This document shows, in pieces, positions 29,912 through 38,553 of a stretch of 58,448 nt of DNA. Position 1 is the stretch's first letter, and each line of letters starts with the position of its first letter. The position numbers and the translations under genes were made by a program. The notes under the pieces are model-generated. The model worked only from the letters and a program-made list of their open reading frames with translations, did not search any database and was not told the DNA's origin. The stretch comes from a virus (lineage: Duplodnaviria; Caudoviricetes). Location of the stretch: IMG/VR virus record IMGVR_UViG_3300020045_008024, positions 1 to 58,448 of that record. The stretch is one strand, 5' to 3'.

Positions 29912-31204
29912 TTACTTGACGGGGATGTCGATCACCTCGCCGAAGGGGTACTTGCTGCCGGGATTGATGTTGCCCCAGATGACTGAATAACCGGGCTCTT
30001 CCTTCGGGAAGCTACCAAGCCCATCGGTCAGGTAGATGAGGGCATCCGGCTCAAGCCCGAGTTCTTCGACCTTGTCGAATACCGGCGCGAATGCAGTGCC
30101 ACCGCCACCCGGCGCACCTGTTGCGCGGATGGTCATCAGGTCGTCAGTGTCGACAGCCTCGTCGATACGGTTGACACGTGCATCGCACCACACCAGCATG
30201 ATGCGCTCAGGCCGCACGTCGTCGAGAATGCCACACATCTCCCCGAAGAACAGATCGAGGATCTTTGGGCCAATGGAGCCCGAAGTGTCGATGCCGATGA
30301 CGACAAGGCCGGCACCGAAGCCAGTGCGCGCTGGTGCAATGATGCCACGGGTAATGAACCGACGGTCAGCCTTGCGCCAGTCGTAAGACCCGCCGCCGGA
30401 CTTGCGGTTAAAGAAACCGATGACCTTGTCCGTCCAGTCCACGACAGGTGACAGCACTTCGTTGAACATGCGTTCGAGTGCACCCGGCAGCTTGCCCTGT
30501 GCCTTGGCGCTGGCCATAGCACCGGCGACCGCTGTCTTCCACTCAACATCGCTGCGCTGTGCCACCGCAGACGCCGGATCCTGCCCCGTGGACGCGCCCG
30601 GGGGCAGATGGGTATCAAAGGACTGCTGACCACTCTTGTCGCTGCCACCGCCGCTCCCTGTGCCCCCCTGCCCACCGCCGCCATTCTGCTGCTGTTGCTG
30701 GAAGATCCGGCGATAAGCAGTCAGGACGCTGTCCGTGTGCTTGGCGATGACTTTGTCATGCAGCCAGTCCTTTTTGTACTGGCCGATCTTGCTTTCGATG
30801 AGCATGTCATTGACGACGTAATCCATCGCCTTGTTCATCGTGTCGACATCGAAGGCGAGTTCCTTACCGTCGGGGTAAGATACCTTGCCGATGGCGGATA
30901 GGCGGTGCAGCATCTCGACGTGGCCGAAGATACCGTGCAGGATCTCGTGGGCAACGACGAAGATGCGCTCGGACAGGGTGAGCGGAAAGAACGTGTCAGG
31001 GTTGATCAGCACGTTGCGGCCGTCAGTCGCTGCAACCGGGACTTCCTTGGTGAACAAGGCGATGTGCTTGCCGTTGTTGTTGTTCATCATGGAGTAGAAA
31101 ATATGGGTGAAGGCCGGGCAGTGCCAGACCAGTGCGGTGCGTGTGTCGCCCCAAAGCTTCTCCTGCTGGGGGGTGATGTCGCAAATTTCGGGTGCGTTTC
31201 TCAT
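29912..31204 (-). CDS. HExxH metallopeptidase-like plus vWA protein (DUF2201-type)
   Basis: AATDG, AHEILH, AMDYVVN; MIDAS DTSGS, GGGGTAF, YLTDG; start placed at MRNAP. Confidence 0.88.
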   Translation of the reverse strand: MRNAPEICDITPQQEKLWGDTRTALVWHCPAFTHIFYSMMNNNNGKHIALFTKEVPVAATDGRNVLINPDTFFPLTLSERIFVVAHEILHGIFGHVEMLHRLSAIGKVSYPDGKELAFDVDTMNKAMDYVVNDMLIESKIGQYKKDWLHDKVIAKHTDSVLTAYRRIFQQQQQNGGGGQGGTGSGGGSDKSGQQSFDTHLPPGASTGQDPASAVAQRSDVEWKTAVAGAMASAKAQGKLPGALERMFNEVLSPVVDWTDKVIGFFNRKSGGGSYDWRKADRRFITRGIIAPARTGFGAGLVVIGIDTSGSIGPKILDLFFGEMCGILDDVRPERIMLVWCDARVNRIDEAVDTDDLMTIRATGAPGGGGTAFAPVFDKVEELGLEPDALIYLTDGLGSFPKEEPGYSVIWGNINPGSKYPFGEVIDIPVK

Positions 31205-31218
31205 TGGCTCGATCCTTG

Positions 31219-31452
31219 TTACTTCTGAGGTAAGATGATGTCCGGCAGCTGTGGCCAGCGCTTCACACGTTTTCGCATTACAAGACGCTGCTTGCCGTCG
31301 CTGCCCCACCACTCTTTGTGCAGCAGCTTTTCTGGTATTTTCTTCGGGTAGCCATGAGCCCGTGTCCAGCCTGCACCGATCTCGGTAATTGTCATTGTCG
31401 GGTGTGCCCACCCGCGAGGGTTTTTGTGCCGTTTGCGGGCGGCACCCGTCAC
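31219..31452 (-). CDS. Small basic Trp-rich protein
   Basis: 77 aa, GTGA overlap with upstream stop; own stop lies in the palindrome at 31219. Confidence 0.55.
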   Translation of the reverse strand: MTGAARKRHKNPRGWAHPTMTITEIGAGWTRAHGYPKKIPEKLLHKEWWGSDGKQRLVMRKRVKRWPQLPDIILPQK

Positions 31453-31688
31453 TCCCCCGAGGTGTCGTCCGGTACTGGCGGGCGCTCGTGTTCGGGGAAC
31501 ATGCCCTTCTCGTCGCTGACTTCGAACATGTCGCCGGCAGTGACCGACATGCGCGGCGGGCGCTTTTCCTTCATCAGCATCGCCACGGTCATCATCTGCC
31601 GGGCGGTCTCGCGGACATGTTCGAGGGTCAAATCATAGGTGCTTTCGTCCTCGTAGTCGACGCGAAGTTCGATGGTGTAGGTTCTCAT
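31449..31688 (-). CDS. Hypothetical protein
   Basis: 79 aa, GAGGAG RBS. Confidence 0.7.
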   Translation of the reverse strand: MRTYTIELRVDYEDESTYDLTLEHVRETARQMMTVAMLMKEKRPPRMSVTAGDMFEVSDEKGMFPEHERPPVPDDTSGE

Positions 31689-31987
31689 GATGAAGTCTCC
31701 TCTGCAATTTGTTGTATCTTGGCGATTGCCGACAAGATGTGGGTGAATTTCGTTACCTCGGAGTTAACCCCGGGGCGTGTCCAGTCCGAGACATAGTAGA
31801 GCACGCCGCCGGGCTGTGGCTCAAGATACTTGCCAAGCACGATGTACCTAGCAGCCCCAAATCAGATTATGAGTGCGCCATCTATTGCCCTGCTCTCGTG
31901 CGTCCCAAATCCCAACCCGTCCGGTATCCCTTGGTGATCTTTGGGCTCTTCCAGATTGTCCCACCATCGTTTATGCCTCTTTGCCAT
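31685..31987 (-). pseudogene. 101-codon frame interrupted by an in-frame TGA at 31862-31864
   Basis: MAKRHKRWW...GALII*FGAARYIVLGK...EETSS*; distal stop overlaps the next ATG (ATGA). Confidence 0.6.
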
Positions 31988-32267
31988 TGTTACCCCCACG
32001 GTAACTTGCCAGCACATCCGAGATATAGAGTGCTGCAGCTAGTGCACCAAAAACCCTGTAGTCTGTACCATTAGAATTAGGCTGGGCAGCACGGACGACT
32101 ATGAGCCCGTTGTGTGCTGCGTTCATCACTAGGATGTGCCTATGCGTGCCGGGGACAGGGATCGCTAGCCACTGGCATTCCTCATCCCATAACTCCCCTT
32201 CAAACCCCAAAGCTATCGGTCCCATTGCCGTCTCCATTGATGGTGGGCGCACCATTACGCCCACCAT
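31971..32267 (-). CDS. Hypothetical protein
   Basis: 98 aa; start uncertain. Confidence 0.6.
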   Translation of the reverse strand: MVGVMVRPPSMETAMGPIALGFEGELWDEECQWLAIPVPGTHRHILVMNAAHNGLIVVRAAQPNSNGTDYRVFGALAAALYISDVLASYRGGNNGKEA

Positions 32268-32282
32268 TACCTCGCAAAGTAA

Positions 32283-33374
32283 TCAGCTCTGCACGTCGAT
32301 CTGCGCCATGAGGCTGGCGTTCGCGATCACCCACTTGTTGAACGCCGGGGTGATGACAAGCCGGCGGTCGCGGTCAACAGCCGCCTTGGCGAAGATGACC
32401 GAGAATTCCTTCGGCATGCGGTCGACGTACTCGATAACCGGGGAAGCCGTCTCGGCGGTGACGCGGTGGGCGAGGTTGTAGCACACCAGCATCGCCGCAT
32501 CCGGCTTGGTCGGCACCTTGACGCCCTTGGGCGAGGCAATGATGTCCTCGTACTTGGGCATCTCGCGTTCGAGTTTGACGAAAGAGAACAGCTGCGCTGC
32601 CGCCGCATCACCGATCATGCCGGCAATTTCTTCCATCAGGCTCGGATCTTCCGGCAGATTGCCGTCCTCGTCGCGCGGGATGACCGACAGGTAATCATCG
32701 GCGGCGACCGCACTACGAGGCGTGCACCACGGACCCTGCTTTTCAGGCACGCCGTCGCTGAAGACGATCTGCGGGTTCTGGTTGGTGAAGGTCCGCATCA
32801 GGGGCGACACGCCGCGCTTGTTGGCCCATGCGTTCCAGCTGTCGAGGTCGTCGTCAACGTCGATCTCCATGCGGCGGTTGATGAGGTGGTCGAGTTCCTT
32901 GGTCGAGCCCGAGCGGTCCTTCTGGCGGTTGCCTGCCATCCAGATCACCCAGCCTTCGGGCAGGGCATGCGGGCCGAGCCGGCCGGAAAGGGCAGCTTCA
33001 CCGATGACTTTCTTGACATCGACATCGGCCTTGTCCATCTCGTCGACGACGATGATGCCACCGTCGTACTCGGAGATGCGCTTACCTTCGCGGGTACGGA
33101 ACCAGAAGGGGTCGGTGTAGACGCTTTCCATCCGCTCGATGCCGTCTTCGCCGGTCACACGCTTCGGCACCAGATAGCCGATGCTGTCTGCCGGGGTGAG
33201 AAGGGGAGCGTTGATGACGACAAGACCGAGGTTCTTGCCGGTTACCTTGGAAAGTAATGCCGGCGCTGCCGACAGGACTTCGGTCTTGCCGCGACCCGGT
33301 GCAGACTTGAGGTAAATGCACTTCTGTGCAGCGTACCAAGCGGGCATGCGGGAAAGAATGGTAGAGAGCTTCAT
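32283..33374 (-). CDS. AAA+ ATPase (MoxR/CbbQ-like partner of the vWA protein)
   Basis: Walker A SAPGRGKT, Walker B VVDEMDK, MAGNR, LINR, TPRS. Confidence 0.9.
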   Translation of the reverse strand: MKLSTILSRMPAWYAAQKCIYLKSAPGRGKTEVLSAAPALLSKVTGKNLGLVVINAPLLTPADSIGYLVPKRVTGEDGIERMESVYTDPFWFRTREGKRISEYDGGIIVVDEMDKADVDVKKVIGEAALSGRLGPHALPEGWVIWMAGNRQKDRSGSTKELDHLINRRMEIDVDDDLDSWNAWANKRGVSPLMRTFTNQNPQIVFSDGVPEKQGPWCTPRSAVAADDYLSVIPRDEDGNLPEDPSLMEEIAGMIGDAAAAQLFSFVKLEREMPKYEDIIASPKGVKVPTKPDAAMLVCYNLAHRVTAETASPVIEYVDRMPKEFSVIFAKAAVDRDRRLVITPAFNKWVIANASLMAQIDVQS

Positions 33375-33416
33375 GATAAAGTCCTTTGAGTGCGCGCTAC
33401 GTCAGCGCTGAGGTTA

Positions 33417-33445
33417 ATTATACAGGGTTACAAACAGGTTGTCAA
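33417..33445 (-). promoter_or_regulatory. Consensus sigma70 promoter for the AAA-vWA operon, with operator
   Basis: TTGACAACCtgttTGTAACcctgTATAAT, perfect -35 and -10 with 17-bp spacer. Confidence 0.9.
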
Positions 33446-33480
33446 TAGGTATGTGTTCCTAAGTTAATAGGATCACAGTC

Positions 33481-33804
33481 CTAGTCGTAGTAGCCGACGA
33501 ACTTCAGGCCGCTGTCATCGACGCGGGTGAATTCCTTGTCAGTCGACAGCAGGTAGTCCTGCATGAAGCGCGGGAGCTTTGCGTTCTCGTCGCGGTCGAT
33601 ATGCAGGATGTTGCGGTCCGCTTCCAGCCACGACAGCATCGGCGGCACGTGGTCGAGCTTGCCATAGCGGAACAGGCGAGCACGTTCGATGGTTTGTTCG
33701 GTCATTTTGAAATCTCCGTTGAGGGCGTAGTCTATTATGGTGAAGGCGATCCCCCACCATAACCAGATGAGGACCGGCAGCAGTGCTATTGTTACCCAAA
33801 TCAT
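33481..33804 (-). CDS. Hypothetical protein (possible N-terminal TM; alternative start 33705)
   Basis: In-frame ATGs at 33804 and 33705, the latter with GGAG RBS. Confidence 0.55.
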   Translation of the reverse strand: MIWVTIALLPVLIWLWWGIAFTIIDYALNGDFKMTEQTIERARLFRYGKLDHVPPMLSWLEADRNILHIDRDENAKLPRFMQDYLLSTDKEFTRVDDSGLKFVGYYD

Positions 33805-33819
33805 TGCTGCCGGCTCCTG

Positions 33820-34269
33820 TTATTGGCTTGCTTCCATCTCCTCGTACAGCTTGTACAAGCCAGCGGCGTAGACGATGGCACCGAGCGCTTCGGCCTTGGC
33901 ACCGGAGAAGTTCTTGTTACCTGCCATGGTAACACTCTCCTGCGCTTTCTTCGCCACCTGATAGGCATGCCCACCCGGGCCGACCATACGAGCGATCGAC
34001 AAGATGGGCTGATCGTGCCAGTCACGTTGCCCGACGGGGCTTGCAGCGTGGCGCTCTTTGCCTTTGCCGGTGGCCGCTTGCGCCAGAGCAAGCGCGAGGA
34101 TGCGCTGCAGGTGGGCGTAAGGGCCAGCCGGCAAGGTGGCTGTCGAGGTCTTTGCAACAGCTGTGTAAATGTCGCGAGCACGTTCGATGGTTTGTTCGTT
34201 CACGCTTGCAGCTGCCTCTGCTGCAATGTCGGCATCAACCTTGTCCATTGCGTCCTTGAAGTCTTTCAT
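33820..34269 (-). CDS. Conserved phage all-helical protein (QAATGKGKERHA family; possible nucleotide pyrophosphohydrolase fold)
   Basis: QAATGKGKERHA...QPI...QVAKKAQE...EALGAIVY; function tentative. Confidence 0.65.
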   Translation of the reverse strand: MKDFKDAMDKVDADIAAEAAASVNEQTIERARDIYTAVAKTSTATLPAGPYAHLQRILALALAQAATGKGKERHAASPVGQRDWHDQPILSIARMVGPGGHAYQVAKKAQESVTMAGNKNFSGAKAEALGAIVYAAGLYKLYEEMEASQ

Positions 34270-34272
34270 TGT

Positions 34273-34701
34273 CTAATCCTTGAGTGCATGGTCGAGCTTG
34301 CGGAGTTGCTTCTCGATCCGGTCATATTCGAAGGCGAGATACTTCTCTATCTCGTTGCGGTCCCCCTCTCGTTTGCGCATTGCCAGCTCCATCTTGCGGA
34401 TGACAGGCAGCGGTTTTACTTCCGAGGTAACAGGGCCAGCGAACATGCGCCGCCGCCTGTCTTCCTCAAACTCTGTCATCGGCCGGTCCACGAACGGGAC
34501 ATCCGATACCTGAATGTCCCCCTCGCCGCCATACGGTGCCAATGAATAGAAGCCGTGCATGCAGTCAACGTTGTTGCACACATGCCGGCGCATGTACCCG
34601 TCAGCGTAAGGCGACGCCATGCGAATGGTTGACCCCGACCCGCATTTCCTGCAGGTGAGGTAAGCTTTCGGGATCTGAGTGCGCGGAACCCGCATCTTCA
34701 T
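34273..34701 (-). CDS. Ogr/Delta-like zinc-finger protein
   Basis: CRKC-X21-CNNVDC..F resembles P2 Ogr C-X2-C-X22-C-X4-C. Confidence 0.6.
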   Translation of the reverse strand: MKMRVPRTQIPKAYLTCRKCGSGSTIRMASPYADGYMRRHVCNNVDCMHGFYSLAPYGGEGDIQVSDVPFVDRPMTEFEEDRRRRMFAGPVTSEVKPLPVIRKMELAMRKREGDRNEIEKYLAFEYDRIEKQLRKLDHALKD

Positions 34702-35261
34702 GACCAGTCCTCCCCGAACGCGCCGCGCTCGTATTCGATGTTCTCGTCTTGAGGGCTTACCTCAAGAGGTAATGGTGTCGGGGCGAGGCGGTCGGACAGC
34801 ACCACAACAGGGCGCAGCTGCACCTTGCCGTCGACCAATGTCCTTACGGTCGTTGGTTCAAGGTCGCCCTCGACCTCGACGAGGGTGCGCTCCTGCCCGG
34901 GTGCCTGCGCCCCATACCACCAGCGATCCCCATAGGTGTCATAGTGGATGAGATTGTCCAGCCTGTTGTCCATCTTCAGGCCGTTGATATGCTCCATCCA
35001 CCCGGTCGGCCATGTGCCTGTCGAGATGTACCATGCAAGGTAATCAGCGCGGAAATACTCGACGCGCCGCTCACCCCTGCCGACATCCTGATTACTGACC
35101 GGCAGAGGGATGTGCAGGTGTCCGTCTTTGTGTGAGGCACCTGTCGACACGTAGGGCGGCATCGTCTGCAGCACCCCTGTCTCCGGGTCATAGTCCACCA
35201 ACTCTATCAAGCATTCGAAAGAGCCTGTGTATTTCTTCGCCTTCCGGCCCATCGACTTCAT
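34698..35261 (-). CDS. HNH endonuclease-domain protein, possibly degenerate
   Basis: YDPETG...ADYLAW...EHINGLKMDNRLDNL. Confidence 0.7.
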   Translation of the reverse strand: MKSMGRKAKKYTGSFECLIELVDYDPETGVLQTMPPYVSTGASHKDGHLHIPLPVSNQDVGRGERRVEYFRADYLAWYISTGTWPTGWMEHINGLKMDNRLDNLIHYDTYGDRWWYGAQAPGQERTLVEVEGDLEPTTVRTLVDGKVQLRPVVVLSDRLAPTPLPLEVSPQDENIEYERGAFGEDWS

Positions 35262-35475
35262 CTTGTTCTTCCTCTCCTACGGGCAGCATCACCCAGCGTT
35301 CCATATAAGTGAGTTTGTCAGTCGCGGTAAGCTCAACCAGTGTTTCGGCGTCATACCATATCTCTTTCACTCCGCCAAACCCGCTAGGGAAGTCGTCTCT
35401 TGAGTAGACGCCAAGCCCTCTCGTGTATTTCATCCCGAGCAACATTGCACGGGCGATGTGTTCTTCATCCGTCAT
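35188..35475 (-). CDS. RAxLMG/DAxTLEP family small protein
   Basis: MTDEEHIARAMLLGMKY...YDAETLVEL. Confidence 0.75.
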   Translation of the reverse strand: MTDEEHIARAMLLGMKYTRGLGVYSRDDFPSGFGGVKEIWYDAETLVELTATDKLTYMERWVMLPVGEEEQDEVDGPEGEEIHRLFRMLDRVGGL

Positions 35476-35533
35476 CTAGCCCGAGCCTCTTGTTCGAGAT
35501 GGTGTTTGACCCTTTCATGAGCCCAGCGTAAAG

Positions 35534-35704
35534 TTACCGGCGCATTGCCTCGCCTATCGGGAGTGGTTCCAGCGTGTTTGCGTCGATGGACCCAGTGTAT
35601 TTGTATTTCTGCCCGCCGGGCGACCGATCCCGGTAGGCATGCGTTGCGCTGTCGTACCAGAGCCCCAGCATGCGGGCGCGGGCATAGTGTGCTTGTCCGT
35701 TCAT
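35534..35704 (-). CDS. RAxLMG/DAxTLEP family small protein
   Basis: MNGQAHYARARMLGLWYD...IDANTLEPL; AGGAG RBS. Confidence 0.8.
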   Translation of the reverse strand: MNGQAHYARARMLGLWYDSATHAYRDRSPGGQKYKYTGSIDANTLEPLPIGEAMRR

Positions 35705-35723
35705 GGGGGCTCCTGAGTGCGCG

Positions 35724-36002
35724 TTACATGTCATCGTAGATCGGCGGCGGCTTGCTACCACCCGACGCTGTCAGGCCGAGCGTGTTGTGCCGGTACGACC
35801 GCATGAGTTTGTCACCCGCCGGCCCGGCCCGCTGTGCCGTGGTGAGGCTGGCCCACTCTTTACGCAGGCCAGCAAGGGTTACCTCGAAAGTAACAGCAGC
35901 CCCTTCAGGCACTGGCCTTGGGGTGATCAGGTCGACGGCAGGGCGAGGGGTAAAGATCTCCATTTTGCCGGTGATCGGGTTGCGTCGTTTAGTCCCTTTC
36001 AT
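35724..36002 (-). CDS. Hypothetical protein
   Basis: 92 aa, RRNPITGKM; AGGAG RBS. Confidence 0.65.
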   Translation of the reverse strand: MKGTKRRNPITGKMEIFTPRPAVDLITPRPVPEGAAVTFEVTLAGLRKEWASLTTAQRAGPAGDKLMRSYRHNTLGLTASGGSKPPPIYDDM

Positions 36003-36252
36003 AGTCGCTTGCTCCTAGTTCGCCTGCCTTTACCTTAGCCCTTCGCAGTGAGTAAGCACCCCAAGGCATAGGCTCTAAAGTGTCCGCATCCAGATACGCC
36101 GGGTCTGGTGTTGTGGTGTCCCCGAAAGGGAGTGTGCTCCTAACTTCGGTGCTAGTCTGCATGTCAAACGAATGGTCGGTTTCATCATACCCCATTCCCA
36201 TCAGCGCAGCCAGCAGCGTGAAATACTCGGTCGGGTGTTCACTCCTTGCCAT
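35989..36252 (-). CDS. RAxLMG/DAxTLEP family small protein
   Basis: EYFTLLAALMGMGYD...YLDADTLEPM. Confidence 0.75.
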   Translation of the reverse strand: MARSEHPTEYFTLLAALMGMGYDETDHSFDMQTSTEVRSTLPFGDTTTPDPAYLDADTLEPMPWGAYSLRRAKVKAGELGASDYERD

Positions 36253-36433
36253 GCCCTTCGTACTCCTTGATGATGTCGCCGTCCTTGAACAGCGTCACGT
36301 TCTCGCCGGCAGCGCGCCCGTGCTCGTGCTTGGACAATTCGGCCCAAGAGTTGAACAGGCGGCGTGCGTTGTTCTCGTGCTCGCCTTCGAACACGAGCCC
36401 GATGTTGCCGACGAACACCTCAAACTTCGCCAT
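36239..36433 (-). CDS. Hypothetical early protein
   Basis: VFVGNIGLVFEG...GRAAGENVTLFKDG. Confidence 0.7.
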   Translation of the reverse strand: MAKFEVFVGNIGLVFEGEHENNARRLFNSWAELSKHEHGRAAGENVTLFKDGDIIKEYEGHGKE

Positions 36434-36695
36434 TGTCGTCACCCCCGTCTTTTACCTCAGAGGTAACACCGTCGGCCTTGAGTGCGCGCAACGCCTTGAG
36501 CGTAACCTTGCCCTTGCCGCCCAGCGACACCCAAGAAATGCGCAGCGCCTCGCCGTCGCACATCCACGAGTTGGCACCGTTGAGCGTGTTGACAACGCTC
36601 TCCATGTACCGCCCCAGCTTGACCGGATCTTTGGCCCACTGGAAGGTGTGCCTAAGATTTGTCTTGTAGGTCTTCAGGAATTCTTCACGTGTCAT
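36420..36695 (-). CDS. Hypothetical early protein
   Basis: MTREEFLKTY...; GAGGAG RBS. Confidence 0.65.
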   Translation of the reverse strand: MTREEFLKTYKTNLRHTFQWAKDPVKLGRYMESVVNTLNGANSWMCDGEALRISWVSLGGKGKVTLKALRALKADGVTSEVKDGGDDNGEV

Positions 36696-36696
36696 G

Positions 36697-37314
36697 TTAT
36701 CGTCTCCTCTCGACAGGTGGGCCGCGACGGCGCGGGTTGTTGTATGTGCGGCGGATCTCCCGCACTTTGGACCGTGACACACCGAAGCGCTCCATCAGCT
36801 CCTCGACTGTGACGTTGGTGGCTGTGCCGATCTGCTCGAACTCCCATGCCTCAAGGGGACCGCGCCCCGATGCAAAGGGCCGACCGATAGGCTGTGGCTC
36901 TGGTTTCGTCTCGTTGAACGTGTCGAGCATCGTTGCCTGATACGTTTTACCTGTGAGGTAATTGATGGTGCGGTCGCATTCATCCCGGGGGATGTATGGC
37001 ACGTTCTTGAACCGCCCCACCTGCTTCACACGTGACACGGTGTCATAGGATATGCCCCAGTCGGCCGCGATCTGTGCACGTGGTCGCGTGTCGGCAGCGA
37101 TCTCGTCGACCTCTGCCCTGTATAGCGATGACATCCGACCCCCACGCAATCGCGGTGGCCTCACCCCATGGATAACCTCGTCCTCTTCCTGCGACAGGTA
37201 GGACGGACCTGTTTTTGCCGGGACCGACGCCAGCAGCTTGTCGACAAGACTGTTGCCGCGCCGATCTTCCGGCTCGTTCGGGTTGTTGATGTTGATGCTG
37301 AATGGCTCTTTCAT
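36697..37314 (-). CDS. Protein with two helix-turn-helix segments
   Basis: RAQIAADWGISYDTVSRVK and VEELMERFGVSRSKVREIR. Confidence 0.7.
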   Translation of the reverse strand: MKEPFSININNPNEPEDRRGNSLVDKLLASVPAKTGPSYLSQEEDEVIHGVRPPRLRGGRMSSLYRAEVDEIAADTRPRAQIAADWGISYDTVSRVKQVGRFKNVPYIPRDECDRTINYLTGKTYQATMLDTFNETKPEPQPIGRPFASGRGPLEAWEFEQIGTATNVTVEELMERFGVSRSKVREIRRTYNNPRRRGPPVERRR

Positions 37315-37325
37315 TTCGTCCTCTC

Positions 37326-37451
37326 TTACTTTGCGAGGTAACGGGCAGCGCTGACCACTACCGGCGACCATGCGAAGAAACTTGCATACACCAGCACGAG
37401 TGTGGCGGCAACGAGCACGAACTTCACGAGGTCGTTAATCAATGTGAACAT
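37326..37451 (-). CDS. Small membrane peptide (41 aa, not in ORF track)
   Basis: MFTLINDLVKFVLVAATLVLVYASFFAW...; GAGGAGG RBS; stop in the palindrome at 37326. Confidence 0.55.
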   Translation of the reverse strand: MFTLINDLVKFVLVAATLVLVYASFFAWSPVVVSAARYLAK

Positions 37452-37764
37452 TCTTCGAGTCCTCCTCGTAAGAGAGTGGCATGATGTTGCCAGCCGATAC
37501 AGACGGCGCGTTTACCGGCTGATAGCCCGACGGTATGATGTCGGCATGCAGGGCGAACTGCCGCAGCAGGCTGTCACCACGGGTGATCTGGTAGCCGTCG
37601 AACCCGCGATCACGGCAGACTTTGACTGCAGCCCACTTCATATTGTATAGGGACTGTCGGCCGTCCAGCCGGATAATAGCGCGATCCCCGCAGGGCTCGA
37701 CCCAGCGCTGCCGTCCTGTCGCAGCATCCGTTTCGAGGCGGTAAAATTGTGCGAAGTGTTTCAT
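37435..37764 (-). CDS. Hypothetical early protein
   Basis: EPCGDRAIIRLDGR motif; ATGA overlap. Confidence 0.7.
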   Translation of the reverse strand: MKHFAQFYRLETDAATGRQRWVEPCGDRAIIRLDGRQSLYNMKWAAVKVCRDRGFDGYQITRGDSLLRQFALHADIIPSGYQPVNAPSVSAGNIMPLSYEEDSKNVHID

Positions 37765-38078
37765 TGTTCTTTCTCCCATGGTGCTGTCTTGTCATCTCTT
37801 ACCTCATCAGGTAACGCCCACGGCATGGGCAATGGATTGCCTAGGCCCATATATGACGTGCCATTAAATAGCCTAAGCTCTTCCGCATCGGCCGCATCCA
37901 CGGGTTCGAACGTGTTGCAGTCAATCAGGAAGCCACTTGCCGGCAATGCCGACGTAGGCTCTTGCGCGTTGTCCACATACGTCCCATCGCGCCAGTCGTA
38001 CCAGCGCCCCATAAGGCTGGCACGCAGCCTGTGCTCGGCGTGAGTGAACAGCGGCTTGTGAGTGCGCGGCCCGTTCAT
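37761..38078 (-). CDS. RAxLMG/DAxTLEP family small protein
   Basis: FTHAEHRLRASLMGRWYDWRDGTY...IDCNTFEPV; ATG 38078 overlaps upstream TGA. Confidence 0.8.
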   Translation of the reverse strand: MNGPRTHKPLFTHAEHRLRASLMGRWYDWRDGTYVDNAQEPTSALPASGFLIDCNTFEPVDAADAEELRLFNGTSYMGLGNPLPMPWALPDEVRDDKTAPWEKEQ

Positions 38079-38326
38079 GAGTGGATGTGCCCATCGTGCT
38101 CGATGCCGACCCACATGCCGCACCAATTCACCATCACGCTGCCGAAGTCGCCCATCAGGAACTCGGCACGGAACTCTTTGTAAGAGATCGGCCCGAAGTT
38201 CACCACGTCGCCGTTCATATCGTTCGATGTTAGGTTGCCATAGCTGTTGAAATACAGCGGCGAGCGATCGTACATGATCTTGGCGGCGCGGCGTTGTGCA
38301 CGTGTGATGTTGATATGGCGTGGCAT
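38075..38326 (-). CDS. Hypothetical early protein
   Basis: Ends WCGMWVGIEHDGHIHS; AAGGAG RBS. Confidence 0.7.
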   Translation of the reverse strand: MPRHINITRAQRRAAKIMYDRSPLYFNSYGNLTSNDMNGDVVNFGPISYKEFRAEFLMGDFGSVMVNWCGMWVGIEHDGHIHS

Positions 38327-38338
38327 TTCTGTCTCCTT

Positions 38339-38551
38339 TTACTTTAGAGGTAATGCCGCCCATGCGGCGACTACACGGTCGTTCAACTCTCGTATAGTAA
38401 GTGGTTCTAGCGTGTCGGCGTCGATGCGTTGCGACACAAAGCTAAAGTCTGGGGTGTAGGTGTTTGTCCGTGGTGAATAGCGCATGCCCATCAGCTTGGC
38501 GCGCAGCCGGTGCTGCTCTTTCGTGAGTTTACCTTCTGGGGTAATGTCCAT
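38339..38551 (-). CDS. RAxLMG/DAxTLEP family small protein
   Basis: LTKEQHRLRAKLMGMRY...IDADTLEPL. Confidence 0.8.
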   Translation of the reverse strand: MDITPEGKLTKEQHRLRAKLMGMRYSPRTNTYTPDFSFVSQRIDADTLEPLTIRELNDRVVAAWAALPLK

Positions 38552-38553
38552 GC

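Noticed and set aside
31862-31864. Genome-wide TGA recoding
   Set aside because: TGA ends many intact genes, including terL and polA and many ATGA overlaps; only one interrupted frame was found and no suppressor tRNA was seen.
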